A stretch of 64,000 nucleotides of DNA from Ruditapes philippinarum (taxonomy: Eukaryota), in NCBI RefSeq assembly GCF_026571515.1, contig NW_026863859.1:434001-498000 (forward strand), given 5' to 3'. The position numbers and the translations under genes were made by a program. Positions 13,640 through 26,826 of this stretch are shown piece after piece. A model generated the notes under the pieces. It was not told the origin of the DNA. It made no database searches and saw nothing but the letters and a program-made list of their open reading frames with translations. Within the stretch, counting starts at the first letter, position 1. The number at the start of each line of letters is the position of its first letter.

Positions 13640-15150
13640 TAGAAATATCTAACATTAAGCGGTAATAATGAAGAAAACAATGATGTCACGAAAGTCTTTG
13701 TGTTTGTGTAAATCGTTTGAAAGAATTAATTGCACCATATATAACACCTTTTTGATCCTGCCGATTCAATTTCCGTTAAAGTACCGCGTCAGTAATTCAA
13801 CCGGAAGTTATTTTAACGATTTCGCGTTTCCATTGAAAGCAAAGCAATGTCCGCACCTATCAAATACTAACTATGAAAGTGATGTAAATTACCAAAGATG
13901 TTTTAGTCATAAAGTCTTTATTAACAATTGCTCCTGTAAATAATTGGATTGGCATATGAATGAGAAGTGCTGTAAAGGCATTTCACTATTTTTCATGATT
14001 ATGTCAGATATAACAGAAGTTCGGTTTTTCAGTGATTAATTTTGCCATTATATGCATTACTAGCGTCTTTTAAAATATATCCATGTACATTGTATATAAT
14101 GTATCAGGTGTTGTGTTGTATGAAAATGGAATATTGAAATAAAGTTACAAAATTGTCCAACACATGTTTTCAATGAGTCGTTATTAAAGATAATTTTGTA
14201 TGTTCAGTTATCAGGAGCTATCAAAACCTTCAATGTACAGCATTGCATTGCTTACATATCTTACACCTCCGTGGTCGAGGGGTCAGAGTCTTCAGGAACG
14301 ATGGTTAGGAATCTATCTGCTAGATGACTGAAATACTGTTTGGAAAAGGCGTAAAAGGAAACAAACAAAGGAACAAATAAACATACTTTACATTTCATTT
14401 CTTCTAAACATTTAATTGCATATACATGGTATTGCAAAAATAACAAACTTTCAGTTACGTATTTACGGTATTGCATTGCTTACAAACTTCTATTGTGTAG
14501 GTACGATTAAATTACATCTAAATGTACGGTATTGCATTCATTTTAAAACCTTCAATTCCGTATGTATGGTAATGCATTGCTTACAAACTTTCAATTACGT
14601 ACATTGCTTTAATTTTCATTTATGTTTGTACGGTATTTCATTGATTTTAAACCTTCATTTGCGAATGAACAATAAAAAATTGTTTCAATCTTCATTTAAG
14701 TATTCATGAAACATATACACACATTCGTACCCATATATCTTATTTTTTAAATTTCTTCACCAGTCATTTCTGACATTTCGCCGAACCTTAAACAAACCAT
14801 CAGAACTTATTTCGCCTTTGTTTTTGTGTCGGAATAAAACTTTTCTTCCACCCCATCAATTATATATGTACGGAATATTATTCAGGTTTAGAACAGCCGT
14901 ATCATGACGGAAAGCCATCTGCACTTGTTATGTCATTGCAAACATAGATCAGAAGATTAAATTAACCCAACGTGCCAGAAGGTTAATTTTCCAGTTTCTT
15001 TTACAATTAATCGTTACACTTTTTTCTGTGTTCAGTGACTTTAATCACTTATTTTCCAATATTTGCAAGCGATGTGTTATATTGCATTATTTATTTGACA
15101 TCTATCATTTTTGGATTACCTTTTGTTGTTCTTTTTCTACGACGGAAAAG
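13640..15150. repeat. Further dispersed array modules (13640-14070, 14915-15150) flanking a degenerate ~35-40 bp minisatellite (14220-14660)
   Basis: taattcaaccggaagttattt at 13793, catctgcacttgttatgtcattgcaaacatagatc at ~14917, and repeated aaac(c/t)ttcaat..gtacggtattgcatt units. Confidence 0.65.
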
Positions 15151-16300
15151 ATAATTTAAAACTAAGACATTTTAGTACTTGTCAAAAGTGTTTCATTATT
15201 TATATTTACTTGAAAGTACGTTTTAAAATATGCAACATTATCCCCGGTTTATCAATACAAATTTAAAGGCGGGCGTAAGAGATACATTTAATCATGTTAA
15301 AACCGAAAATGATTACCCTTTGAATAGCCTTTGTCACCAGCATAAATCTAGACCAGCGTGCACAACTATGCTGTCCAACAAAGTTCTAACTAACATAAGA
15401 TTTTCATTTTGATATCCCCAAAATGATAAAGAACTGTTCAAATAACAGAAGCTTGAAAACTGCATGACTGAAGCTAGCTTGTTAAGGAAGTCATCGACCA
15501 ATATTGCTTGCAATAATAAGCAATTAAATGACAAATAACCCGCACGCACTAAACAAAATTTATTTGTCTTTAAGCATTAAATTTTCTTACAAGTGTATTG
15601 TATAGATAACTAGGCTACACTTGTAACATAAGAGGCCAGGGCTTCATTTAATTAGAAATGTGTGTATGTTCAATATGAATTTGATTTCCTGTCATTAAGG
15701 TAAGAATATGTCATACAGTGCACATGATAATTTTTAAACTAGCCTGAATATATGGGAAATGTATAAGATAAATGTTAATGAATGTATATAAAAACTTTTG
15801 CTTTTAAAACATTTAACGTAATATGGAAGGTGTCTTTCAGAAAGGATGCTTAATAAAAACAATATTGATTCACACATTCAAAAGTACTAGTTGGTTCCAG
15901 GAACGGATTTGAGAGTTTGTCAATAAGTTTATAGCTTCCAACACAATCGAACGAAACTAAATTTGTATAAACTAACCTAACGCAATTTATTTATTTGATT
16001 ATTTTGCCATGTACCCAGTGACGCAGTGAAAGCAAAAGTACGAAAACAGACGGGAAGTTATATAAAGGGAGAGATTAATTCTGGTCCTATTCATAATGAG
16101 TCCAACGGTCATTTAGTACGCTCTTTTGAGCAACGAAAATATGTTTGATCGTAAAAATGGTGTATCGTTAATAACGCAGGATGCAGATTATCGTACTTAT
16201 AGACATATCAATCCCATTTCCGTGAAGATCGAAAATGAAAGTTTTATCATCCATTTCAAGACTCCATTGAGGAGCTTGTACTTTATTTCTGATTTTTCCA

Positions 16301-16565
16301 AAGCTATATCCGCCTTACAGGTACATGCTATTGAAAGGATTTTTTTTTACCACGGATGTTGCAGTCATTTATAAGCAGTTTTCAGTCCTAACTGAAGACG
16401 AATGGTTTAATTCCGACACTTCCAAGTCTCATATGAGGATCTTGTAAAGCTACATCCGCCTTACGGGTACATGCTATAGAAGGGAAATTTTTCATCACGG
16501 ATATAACTATCATTTATATATAGTTTTCAGTCCTTATTGTTCATGAATGGTTTAATTCCTGACAG
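16301..16565. repeat. Two-copy tandem repeat, period ~146 bp
   Basis: aagcta(t/c)atccgccttac(a/g)ggtacatgctat...gaatggtttaattcc at 16301 and 16447. Confidence 0.8.
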
Positions 16566-18529
16566 TCACATAATTATTAAAGTATTGTTTGTGTAACAAT
16601 TAGACGTTAATAAGACAAAATAAACGATTTAAAAGGAGTCACGAAGGACTTATTAGCACCTAATTAACTTAATTGTGATGAGCATACTGCATAGTGCTTT
16701 TTCAGATATAAGCAACATTTGATACAAATGAATGGTTAAAAAAACGCCGTTGAAGAAAGTTTATGCGAAATAACTTTCAGAAATTTTCAAATTTAGGCCT
16801 TCTAATTGGATGGAAAAGTAATGCAAAGACAAAGAAACGAAAAGTGCATTGATGTAAAAAAGACTGTAGATTAATCTGGTATAAACAAAGTGTAGTAGTT
16901 TGTACTGTATATTTATGTGACGTCATATATATATTTTATATATGAATACTTGTTGCAATTAAAGTGGCTTTATACTTAAATTTTCATCATCAAGTTGAGC
17001 TGAATTGACTAAATATTTCAAAAGATAGACTGAAATAATGGTGATTGACCAACAGTTGATATTGAAAAATGTTTAGGATAAAATATAAATCTGCCTAAAA
17101 TATAAAAAGACTACCCCACTCTAATTGAAAATTGACTGTAACTTCCGATAGGTATTTACAAAAATATCTTTGGGCCGTGTGAATTATTTATCATTCATGG
17201 GAAGAAAATTATAAAATTGAAAAGAATTTTAGCAACTTTGACTTTGATATGTTCTCTCCTCACTACATGGTCTTGGATGTTTATTATATCACTTAAAAAG
17301 GGATGCATTTTGCCGACTCCTTTACACTCCTTATATAAGATGTTCCTTTCTTGAGTAATGATTGTATGTAATATGATATAAAACAAAACTTTTTTCTCAT
17401 TTTTCAGGTCATGCTCTGAAGATATACCGTGTCGTTTTCTAATACTTGATATGCAAATTTATGACAAGTGAATAAAATTCTTCACAAATGTAATGATTTA
17501 TATTTTTGAGCTATAGAGATATATAATAATTAGTAAGAACAGAACACGTTGTCTTCATTACTGAAATATGCCGTAAAATTAACCATATGTCTAAAACTTT
17601 GTAAAACGAATAATGTTGTTTTAATGAGTTTTACATTGAACCCTACAACAAACACAAACTGTGTTGAAGCAGCATGCCTCCTGTTTCATAATAATTTTCA
17701 CGAAAGTTTTAAAAATAAGTAACTTAAAAGTAAAATATTGTGAAGTGAACAAAAGAAGTATTTTAAACCATGTAAACATTGCAAACGGCCTTACAATCAA
17801 AGTAAATTTCCAAAGAGATCAAAATATGCAAAAATAGCCCTTATTGTGTTAATAACGCAGTAGAAATATGGTGATAAATATTGCAAAATGTATATTGTAA
17901 CCTTTCAGCCTGGTTTAGATTCTCGTCAAGCAATGCAACCAAAATTGCAATGAAGCAAAGATATGTTTACAAACAACTTTGAACGTTTGTGTTGCATGAA
18001 ACAAAATAGCCTCGTTCATATGTAACTATACTGAGAGTTGACCACAAAACTGCAGAAACTTTGGACTTACAACGGTTTTGTTGTCAACCTTCGATATATT
18101 GTCCGGAAATGCAACAGGGTTGTTCTGATATTTCTTACCTATAAAGTATTTGTATGCTCATCTTTGAGTAAAATCTTTTATCACAGAAATTTATTAAAAT
18201 CTATTAAATTCTTACTTAATATGTCTAATTCGAATAAAAGAGTGAATAAACTATGCATGGGAAGCTGAGCTGCGTTCCCTATTCCAGCACAAGTAAAGTT
18301 GGTCTTTTCTTAAAACACTGCCAGTTTTTTCATGATACTATATTCATATTGTGTGGACCTATATTGTGTAGAATTTTAAACAAAACATATCTACTTTGTT
18401 TGAAGTAAAAACATGTTTATTTTATACATGTTATAATTGCAAAGATACTGTGTATCAATCATCAATATTTTAATACCAAATTTAAGCATAGTTTATCTTT
18501 AACCATAAGTTACAAAATGTATCCTTCCA

Positions 18530-18730
18530 CATTACTGAAGTAAACAACTGAAAATGGATACGACATTACTTGATCTATAACAATATCAAGAATTGACGGA
18601 TAAATTGGTTGTTATGTAATCTATGTCTGGAGTTAATTGATACATTCAATTCTTTTATTTGCTTGGTCTGAGAATTGACAGAATGTTTTGACTGACTTGC
18701 AGTAAACAAATCGTGCAATCAATCAATGGG
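18530..18730. repeat. Fourth, diverged copy of the array module actgaagtaaacaactgaaaatggata...atctatgtctg
   Basis: Similar to 1410-1630, 6345-6570 and 8942-9160. Confidence 0.7.
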
Positions 18731-20969
18731 CGACTTTAAATTACAGAAAATAATCATGAGAAAATGATTATCTGGAAATAATGCATTGGCCAAATATTCT
18801 AAAATGTTATATTCCCAAGTATTCTATGTGATGAAAGGCTTCAATATACAAAGTTCTTTTTTGTTTTGTTTTGTTCTTTGTTCTCTTTGTTTTCAACTGC
18901 GATGAGTAAAAACAAGGCAATTATTACCGAAAATTAGGTTAGGTAATGATCAATTTCAATCTTTTATCCAGAAACTAGTATGAATGAATGAACTTTTTTA
19001 AATGGACATTCAGCTTCTTTTATCTTTTGTAAAAACAATTCTGTGTCGTATCAAATTAAGTACTTCAGCTATTTTATCTTGGGTTCACTTTTCAGACTTC
19101 TTCAAAACAGTAGAGCAATTTATAGCACGTATGTGACTTATAGAGAGCGAACCGGAAGATAAGAGGTATCGATGGGTTTCCTTATTGTTTTATATTTTAT
19201 CGACGGCAAAATTCACCACCTTTTCCAAATTTTTAACCTTAATTATTTTAATTTGACAATTATATGGAACAAAATCTAAAAAATAAATCAGAAAAACTGA
19301 AGGCTGCTTTAAACAACACCATTTATTCATTGATTATGCTTTTTTTTCATTTTACACAAGCCGATAAAATTAATTTGTATTCTTTGTTGCAGGAACTAAT
19401 TAGACACCAGCAATTGAGAAATAAATTTAAAATTGACTCAGAATTATCACGCGAAATTACCTCATAAATTGCACGTGTTAATTACCTTTCTAGTTACTGG
19501 CTATAAGGAAGCGAATCGTTTTTAGAGGAAAAAACTTGTAAACATTGTGCGCATTATTAAAAGTTGCATCGTAGTTTGGAGACCTTTCTATGTCACTGTT
19601 AAATCGTATGCACATACATACACAGTGCGTTAACTGCAGTGCAGGTATTAGTTACCCGCACAGTGTGTAAGAAATGAAAATATAACATGCTTGTTGATAG
19701 GTTTATGTTTTGTGGGGTTTAATTATTGCGACGACAGGGGATTATATAACGATAGAAAAGTCATATTCAGATGCTCGTACATAGGTTATTTGGGGTTTCA
19801 TATTGTGTAAACAGAGAACGTGTTTTTATTGTTTACCTATGATACGCCCCGCTCGTATAAATCAGATGGCCTCGTGTTTCGATGCTCTTTCTATTACTTA
19901 TACAATATGTAGGGTATTTAGTTCCACCCATTTGTTTTGTAGCAAATAGGGTACTAATTTAGATTCATTTTAACCCCAAACCGATATATGAAAGGGCTAA
20001 GTCTGCAATTCTTTGTAATTTTGTTGTGGTTAATGCTTCCGAGGGATCACTTTGTTCCCAGATTATTTTTTTTACTTTTGTCAAATGATTGTATTCCTAC
20101 TCTTGACGAAACAGTTGAAATATACTAGAAATAAGCAAAAATATGGAAAACGTAGAAAATGATAGAAACTCTCAAAATTCTATATTTTAGGCTTTTTGAT
20201 CTCAGTAAAGTTCCTTTAACAAAGAAAATCTGGAAATGAAAAAGGTAAATTATGGTTAAAAAGTTATAGGTGCCAGTTTTGAAAAAAAAATATCTGCGTT
20301 CCTTTAAGCCGCTCGCAATAATGTCATGTGTTCTATGCTGGAATAGAAGGGAGAGTAACAATTATGTCCTCGTTACTCTTTATACAAGCGAGTAATTGCT
20401 CTCGTGTAAGGAGATGAAATAAAATATACAAAAGTCTGTGCGTGTGTTTTTTGTCGTTTTTTATCCTATACTTTGTACGATATTTTTTTCAAACCTTAAG
20501 CTTTCTATGAATAATACATAACATTCAGTTCCATTTGAAAGATTGGGGAGGATATAGCAACAGTCTGTGTTTGTCCGTCCGACCGTACGTGCCACATTTT
20601 ATGTCCGAGGATGACTTAAAAAGTACTGGGTATTTGAGATATTAACTTGAAAATTTCAATAGTATTTATATTTCATTACGGTTGAGTGCACATGAGTGTT
20701 ACCTCAATTTTTTATACTATTTTACTATTGTCCTTAATTATTATATTTTTTTTAATTTTCTTATCCGGAGCACAACTGGAAAAGTACGTGAAGCATAAAC
20801 TTGAAACTTCATACTGTATAGATTATATTCAGAATGAGTGCACCACACTAGAATGATAACGCTATCGTATTATATTATATAATGTTTGTGTAAATGTCCT
20901 TTGTTGTTTTCATGCTGAATAAATTTTTCATTTATTTATTTATTAACATATTTATTTAGTTCATGCTTT

Positions 20970-20971
20970 TT

Positions 20972-21031
<60 letters not shown>

Positions 21032-21040
21032 TTCATTTAT
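20970..21040. repeat. (ATTT)n microsatellite
   Basis: Directly visible. Confidence 0.95.
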
Positions 21041-21287
21041 TTTTTGGTCTGAAGCATTACGTGAAAAATATTTTAGATATAAACTTGAAACTACTGGTCT
21101 GATACATGTATATTGTTAACGTTTCTGACATTCTGACACGGAAAGGTGGTCAAGCGGTTAAGATGCCTGCAACTCAATAAAAAAAAAGAACCATTTCGAC
21201 GACATTTCGACATTTATTGTAAAAGTATTCACATAGATGACATCACTATTGTTTAGTCTTGGTAACATGTTTTTATCCAGCTTTGAA

Positions 21288-21340
21288 ACACACACACACA
21301 CACACGCACGCACGCACGCACGCACGCACACACACACATA
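21288..21340. repeat. Compound (CA)n/(CACG)n microsatellite
   Basis: Directly visible. Confidence 0.95.
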
Positions 21341-24300
21341 CACCAAAAAAAACCACATAACAACAACAACACTTCGTATGTACTCGAATCGAGTTTAGTC
21401 AAGTGCGCTTAAACTTAATATAGGATTTTAATGATTATATTTTCCCCCTGCTAAATTGTAACACCGACCGGATGATTCATAGGTTCACCTATATTACTAG
21501 AAGACATAAAGTTGGCATTAATCCTCCCCTAGAGTAAACTATCAGCAGATAACAATCTTTGGATAGAATATTTCTGGCATAAATATGTATTTTTGAGGCT
21601 GCAATTCCATGTTTACCTTACCAGCAATTAATTTCGACACCGTTATGTGCAAGACTGCAATTAATATCTAACGCTGCATGCCTCAAGATGGGCCAAAATA
21701 TTTCAAGAAAATTAAACTTGAAAAAATGGAAGAGTTGTCATGTTGTACTTAGAAAGTAAAAATATTCAATGTTCCAAGAAATAATTTCATGTTATATATA
21801 CATGTATACGATTATGTGAACATAACGTTAAGGAGCTTAAATGATTTTTAGATTCAATAACACCCTAAATGTTATGAAATTGTTGGGTCTTCAAAATATG
21901 CAGTAGCCATATGTATACACACAGAACGTGAAATTTAAAACAAATCGACAAGGTTGATATTAATCAACATTTAATTTAAATTAATAAAGATATACTTGAT
22001 TTTATGAAAAGATTGATTCAAATATTTCACATAGCATTGTTTGAGATACAAAACCTGTAACAAATTTTCCAGTTCTTTATCTGTATACAAATACGAAAAT
22101 AAATGACATATTATTATAACAATATATCATGCAAAATGAACCGAACGGTTCGCAACGTGATCGCAAAAACCGACAATTCAAGGACGAAACGATTAGCTTA
22201 CATATGCAAATATTAAAAACGGAAAGGTTGAGATACAAAATGAGACGACAACGTGTTAGTCTATTGTCTCATAAATTCCTGAAAATGTATTCTTAATTGC
22301 AGATTGCAGGGAATCGCACAACACTTCAATTCAAAAATAAACTTCAAGTTTTTATAAGTTAGACTTCGTTAAATGTAGAAATAGGTTTAAAATTGTTCGT
22401 AATAGGATGCCGTTTGAATTATGTTCAGATATACTTTGCTCATTCTTCATCAAAATATTTTAATGACAGATATGTATTGAAATCTATGAATTTTTTACTG
22501 AATATGCCTAATTGATAAACAAGTGAACAAACTTTGGATGCGAAGCTGTATTTCTTATAACAGGTCAAGCAATTTTTTTCTTAAAAAAAACCCTGCCATT
22601 TTTTGAAAGGACACTATATATTTTGATATCATAATTGAACATAGTATATCTTTAAAAATGTTTGATGTTGCGATAAAAATTGAGGGACCTATCATATATG
22701 TATATTACTGTCTAAACTCCAATGTCGACTTTTGTTATTTTATATTATAATAATTTGTCAAGTATATTCGGAACTGAATATAACCATATAACCATGTTTA
22801 CAAATTACGAAGTAGTATTTACATATGTTGTTATAGTATACAAAGTGTATGTGTATATAACATCTCTCTCCATGATTACATACCATACTGTATACTAATT
22901 TTAAAAAATAAATTTCATTGTCGGATATCATTTGTCGAACCATTTACAAACGTGTTATGTTAGATTGTTAATCAACCGTGGGTATCGGGCAATTAGAAAA
23001 AGGGAGTTACTGATAAAAATTAGCATTAGCTACATAGACCATGATTGTCACAATCAAACCTGTACTCAAAAGACCAACGGCGAATAAATGCTACAAAACC
23101 TGTTTCTTAAAAACACCATTTTACCCTCTTGATCAGTAACGTAAGTTAGAGTAACTACTTGTTATAGGAAAACCTGTCGTAAAAGACAACTTTTTCCTAC
23201 TGCCAAAAATGCTCTTTTCAGACAGGTTAAGCTGTATTTCCAAACGAAATAATTTTTCTCAACCAATGCAAACATATTAGAGATAACATATGTATTATCA
23301 TGGAATAAAGATAATATAGAGTAGAAAGTACATTCCCAAATATTTTACATAAAGATAACTTTCAAACGTTTATTTATTCTAAAGAGAGAACTCTATCTAA
23401 ACTTGAAAATGACGTCATATTTACCTTTGAACCGCGTGACTGTGAGCTCGCGCAACAATCTAGAGATAACATTTTCGTCTGCTTTGCTATTAAATATCTT
23501 CTGCTGACGTAGATACACTGAGAATATTCCTAAACTTTTAATAATCTCCGCAGGTAGTCTATTACTCCATTATATTTTAATTAACACACAGAGCACTTAT
23601 TCATTCCGTGCACACACTTTTCCAAAATGAATTGAAAATATATCAAAACATTTTACTCTGAGGCAAATAAATGTAGAGATATATTCTTTTAATTACCCGT
23701 TATTACATATCCAAACCTCGAATCCAATTCATTCGTTGTTTGTCTATACGTGTTATACGAAAAATATTTTAACTATTATTTCTTGAATCGAAATAAAGAC
23801 CTTTATAGCCCTTTTACAAAAATGTAAACAACAATCACAAAAATGTAACACCAACAAAGACCAAACGTATTTATGTTCAGTCCTGTTATATATCATTAAC
23901 TATTTCCGCATTCCCTACTAAAGTGTCTTTTTTTTAATAATAATAAGTATAACAATAATATGTTATTACTTTAGTTGTTACGCATATATATATATTCCAA
24001 ATTGTATGTGTAAAAGTGCAGCATACTCAATACACTTATAGACCAATTAATATAAAGGTAGGCTCTGGTTAACCAGAAAAAAAATAACCTTACATTGTTG
24101 TACTAAATTGCTGTCTTGTTCGTTTTACAATTCTGGAATGCTTATTGCCAACTGAGACATCTATCACTATCTTGTTTTTGTGTTACTCGCATTGCATGTT
24201 CTGTTTTCTGAGAAAGTTTTCTGATTTCTGTCAGAAAAAGTTCGGTCGTTTTTCCACTTCTGCTATGTTGTTTAGTCCCAGTTACACATTTCTCTCCTTA

Positions 24301-25710
24301 CAATATATTAATTCTCAATATGTGACACATCGATGCCCTTTCTAATACCATTAACTACGCATAATTGTCTTTCTACAGAAAAACATGCATGTCATATCAT
24401 AATTATGATATCTTTTATATCATATAATGTCTCAGCGTATCATATCATAATTTATCGTATCAAAGCATTTTTTCATATCTTTTCATAATTCATCGTATGT
24501 CATACGTTTCACGTAGCAATCATATCGCCTCTAAATTGAATTATATTGAATCATCATAATTATCCTTTCTTTGTTGCCGAATTGTATCATTTAATATCGT
24601 ATCATATTAAATGCATTGCTTTATATCTTTTCATTTTATATCATTTATATAACATTTAAATACATATCCCACTAATTATTGCTATTTTCGTCAGCTTTAT
24701 TCAATAACATAACACCATCACAATTTCTGAACTGCATTTTCCTGAGAAATTTCTCTAGAATATGTTTGTGTTACTATTTATTCCATCGTTTCAACTAATT
24801 TCATTTGACCAAATCATTTGAAAAATAACTAAACAAACGAATACATTAATCCACCCACGTAAACAAACGTTTATTTACATTTCTCTGATACAATTTAAAC
24901 GTCTTTAATTCACTTTCCCACACTCTGAAATAGCTTTACACCTATTTCATAACACAGAAAAGTTAAATTTAGAAATTTGATAAGAAATCAATTAGTTTGA
25001 AATATCTGCGTCTGGGTGTTTGTGTTGGTATAATGTTCTTTCAAAGGTAAGCATTCCCCAAATTCATACCTGATATGTTTTGCGAAACATTATGCCGAAA
25101 GGTAAAATATTCCAGGTGTCTTGCAAGGAGAACGAACATGTTTCTCCATTTTTTTATGTTTAATTTTAATGCTAGTTCACCTGAAGCTATTTTACAATCA
25201 TTGTTTGCAATAAGATAGTTTTTAATTAGATTATTATGCTAAAGTAAAACAAATTACCATTCTAGTAAACTAGGCATATCCATTACATAACTTGCATTTT
25301 TGCATAATTGGTAGCATATTGATTTGAGAGTGGTATAACATTAATACATAATTTTGAATTAGTACAATTGATTAAGTAACTAAGGTGTTTCTCGCCCTAT
25401 TTTGTATTTTTTTTTGTTTATCGATATTACAATCGGCAACTACTATGCAATCTATTGACATGATTCTTTATTAAACATATTAAGACAGACACACAGACAG
25501 ACAAAATGTTTACTGACATAATAATATACGTTATAATATATATAATATACAGCTTTTGTCATATATATACACACACATACCAATATGCATGTCAAGTGCT
25601 TCAATAAAGAACAGACAATAAGTACATCTTTCCTCAAAAGTAAAATAGATAAATAAATTTCGTTGAGGATGGATCAGCAACTTACATTGTTTTCTTTATA
25701 AGACAAATTC

Positions 25711-26140
25711 AAAGTTTCACAGTCTTAGTAATTTTCAGTACAAATTTTCTTAACATAAAGAAGTTTTGTACGAATGTCGCCAGATTTGCAACAGTAACAC
25801 AATTATAACACTTCAAGAGCTCTATTAAAGCGGCCTTCAACTTTTATCATTTTATCTACTTATTTATTTATTTATATTATTGTGTGTTTGTTTTTGTTGG
25901 AAAAACAATTTCTGTATTGTTAGAAAAAAAGTATTTCAGTAATTTTATCTTGGAAAAGTTTATCTTATTACCGTGAAGCCTTCTTCAAAACAAACATAAA
26001 GTTTCACAGTCTTAGTAATTTTCAGTACAAATTTTCTTAACATAAAGAAGTTTTGTACGAATATCGCCAGATTTGCAACAGTGACACAATTATAACTCTT
26101 CAATAGCTCTATTAAAGCGGTCTTCAACTTTTATTATTGT
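25711..26140. repeat. Recent direct duplication of ~140 bp (25711-25850 and 25998-26137) that includes a MITE terminus ttaaagcgg(c/t)cttcaac
   Basis: Near-identical aaagtttcacagtcttagtaattttcagtac... blocks. Confidence 0.9.
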
Positions 26141-26826
26141 ATTTATTTATTCACTTATTTAAAAAAGTTGGCGGTCGCTTTTAGCAATGGTGATACATTT
26201 TATACACAATTTTTCAATTATACACATTTTCTGAATAGGAAGTGTAAAAGTATTTTTTTGAAAAAAATATTATTAAAACTTAAATATGTATATATTTCTA
26301 ATTGTGAAAAAATATTTAAAAAATACTGCAGAATATGAATATGAAAAACCTGTTCTTAAAAAGCAACAATTAATCTTAATACGTGAAATTTCCCAAATAG
26401 CTGTATCACTTTTGTGTGATATGTAGTAAGCTTTATGGACGTTATTTCACTGATTAATATTTTAATATTTTATTGGTTAGTATATCATAAACCACCTAAA
26501 TGGGCAGATAAGGAATTTCGTTTCGGTATAAAATCATAATTAACATTCAGCAATATTACTAATTTTCACAGCATAAGAATGAATGGCAGCCGATTGAAGA
26601 AATAAATCCTTTAGAACCCTTACGAAGATCGGGACAGAAAATAAAGTGTTTTTTCCGATGTTTACGTGTTTATAAACAAAATTGAAAAAAAAAGAATGTT
26701 CCAACATATTTACACAGTTTCTATTTATAAGCACAGAAGAGTTGTAAATAAAGTTTAGATAAAATATTGTATCCATGATCCGAATTTAGAAACTTTTGGA
26801 TAACAGTTACATAGATACATAGAAAT

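Noticed and set aside
21617-25180. Scattered minus-strand AG..GT segments of 33-110 nt (~21622, 23425, 24095, 25071)
   Set aside because: They cannot be chained into a phase-consistent, recognisable protein, and such segments are expected by chance.
787-25637. Numerous 60-110 aa ORFs in the supplied track across the first 26 kb
   Set aside because: They have F/I/L/K-rich composition typical of AT-rich non-coding DNA, no recognisable motifs, and frames are not preserved between array copies.
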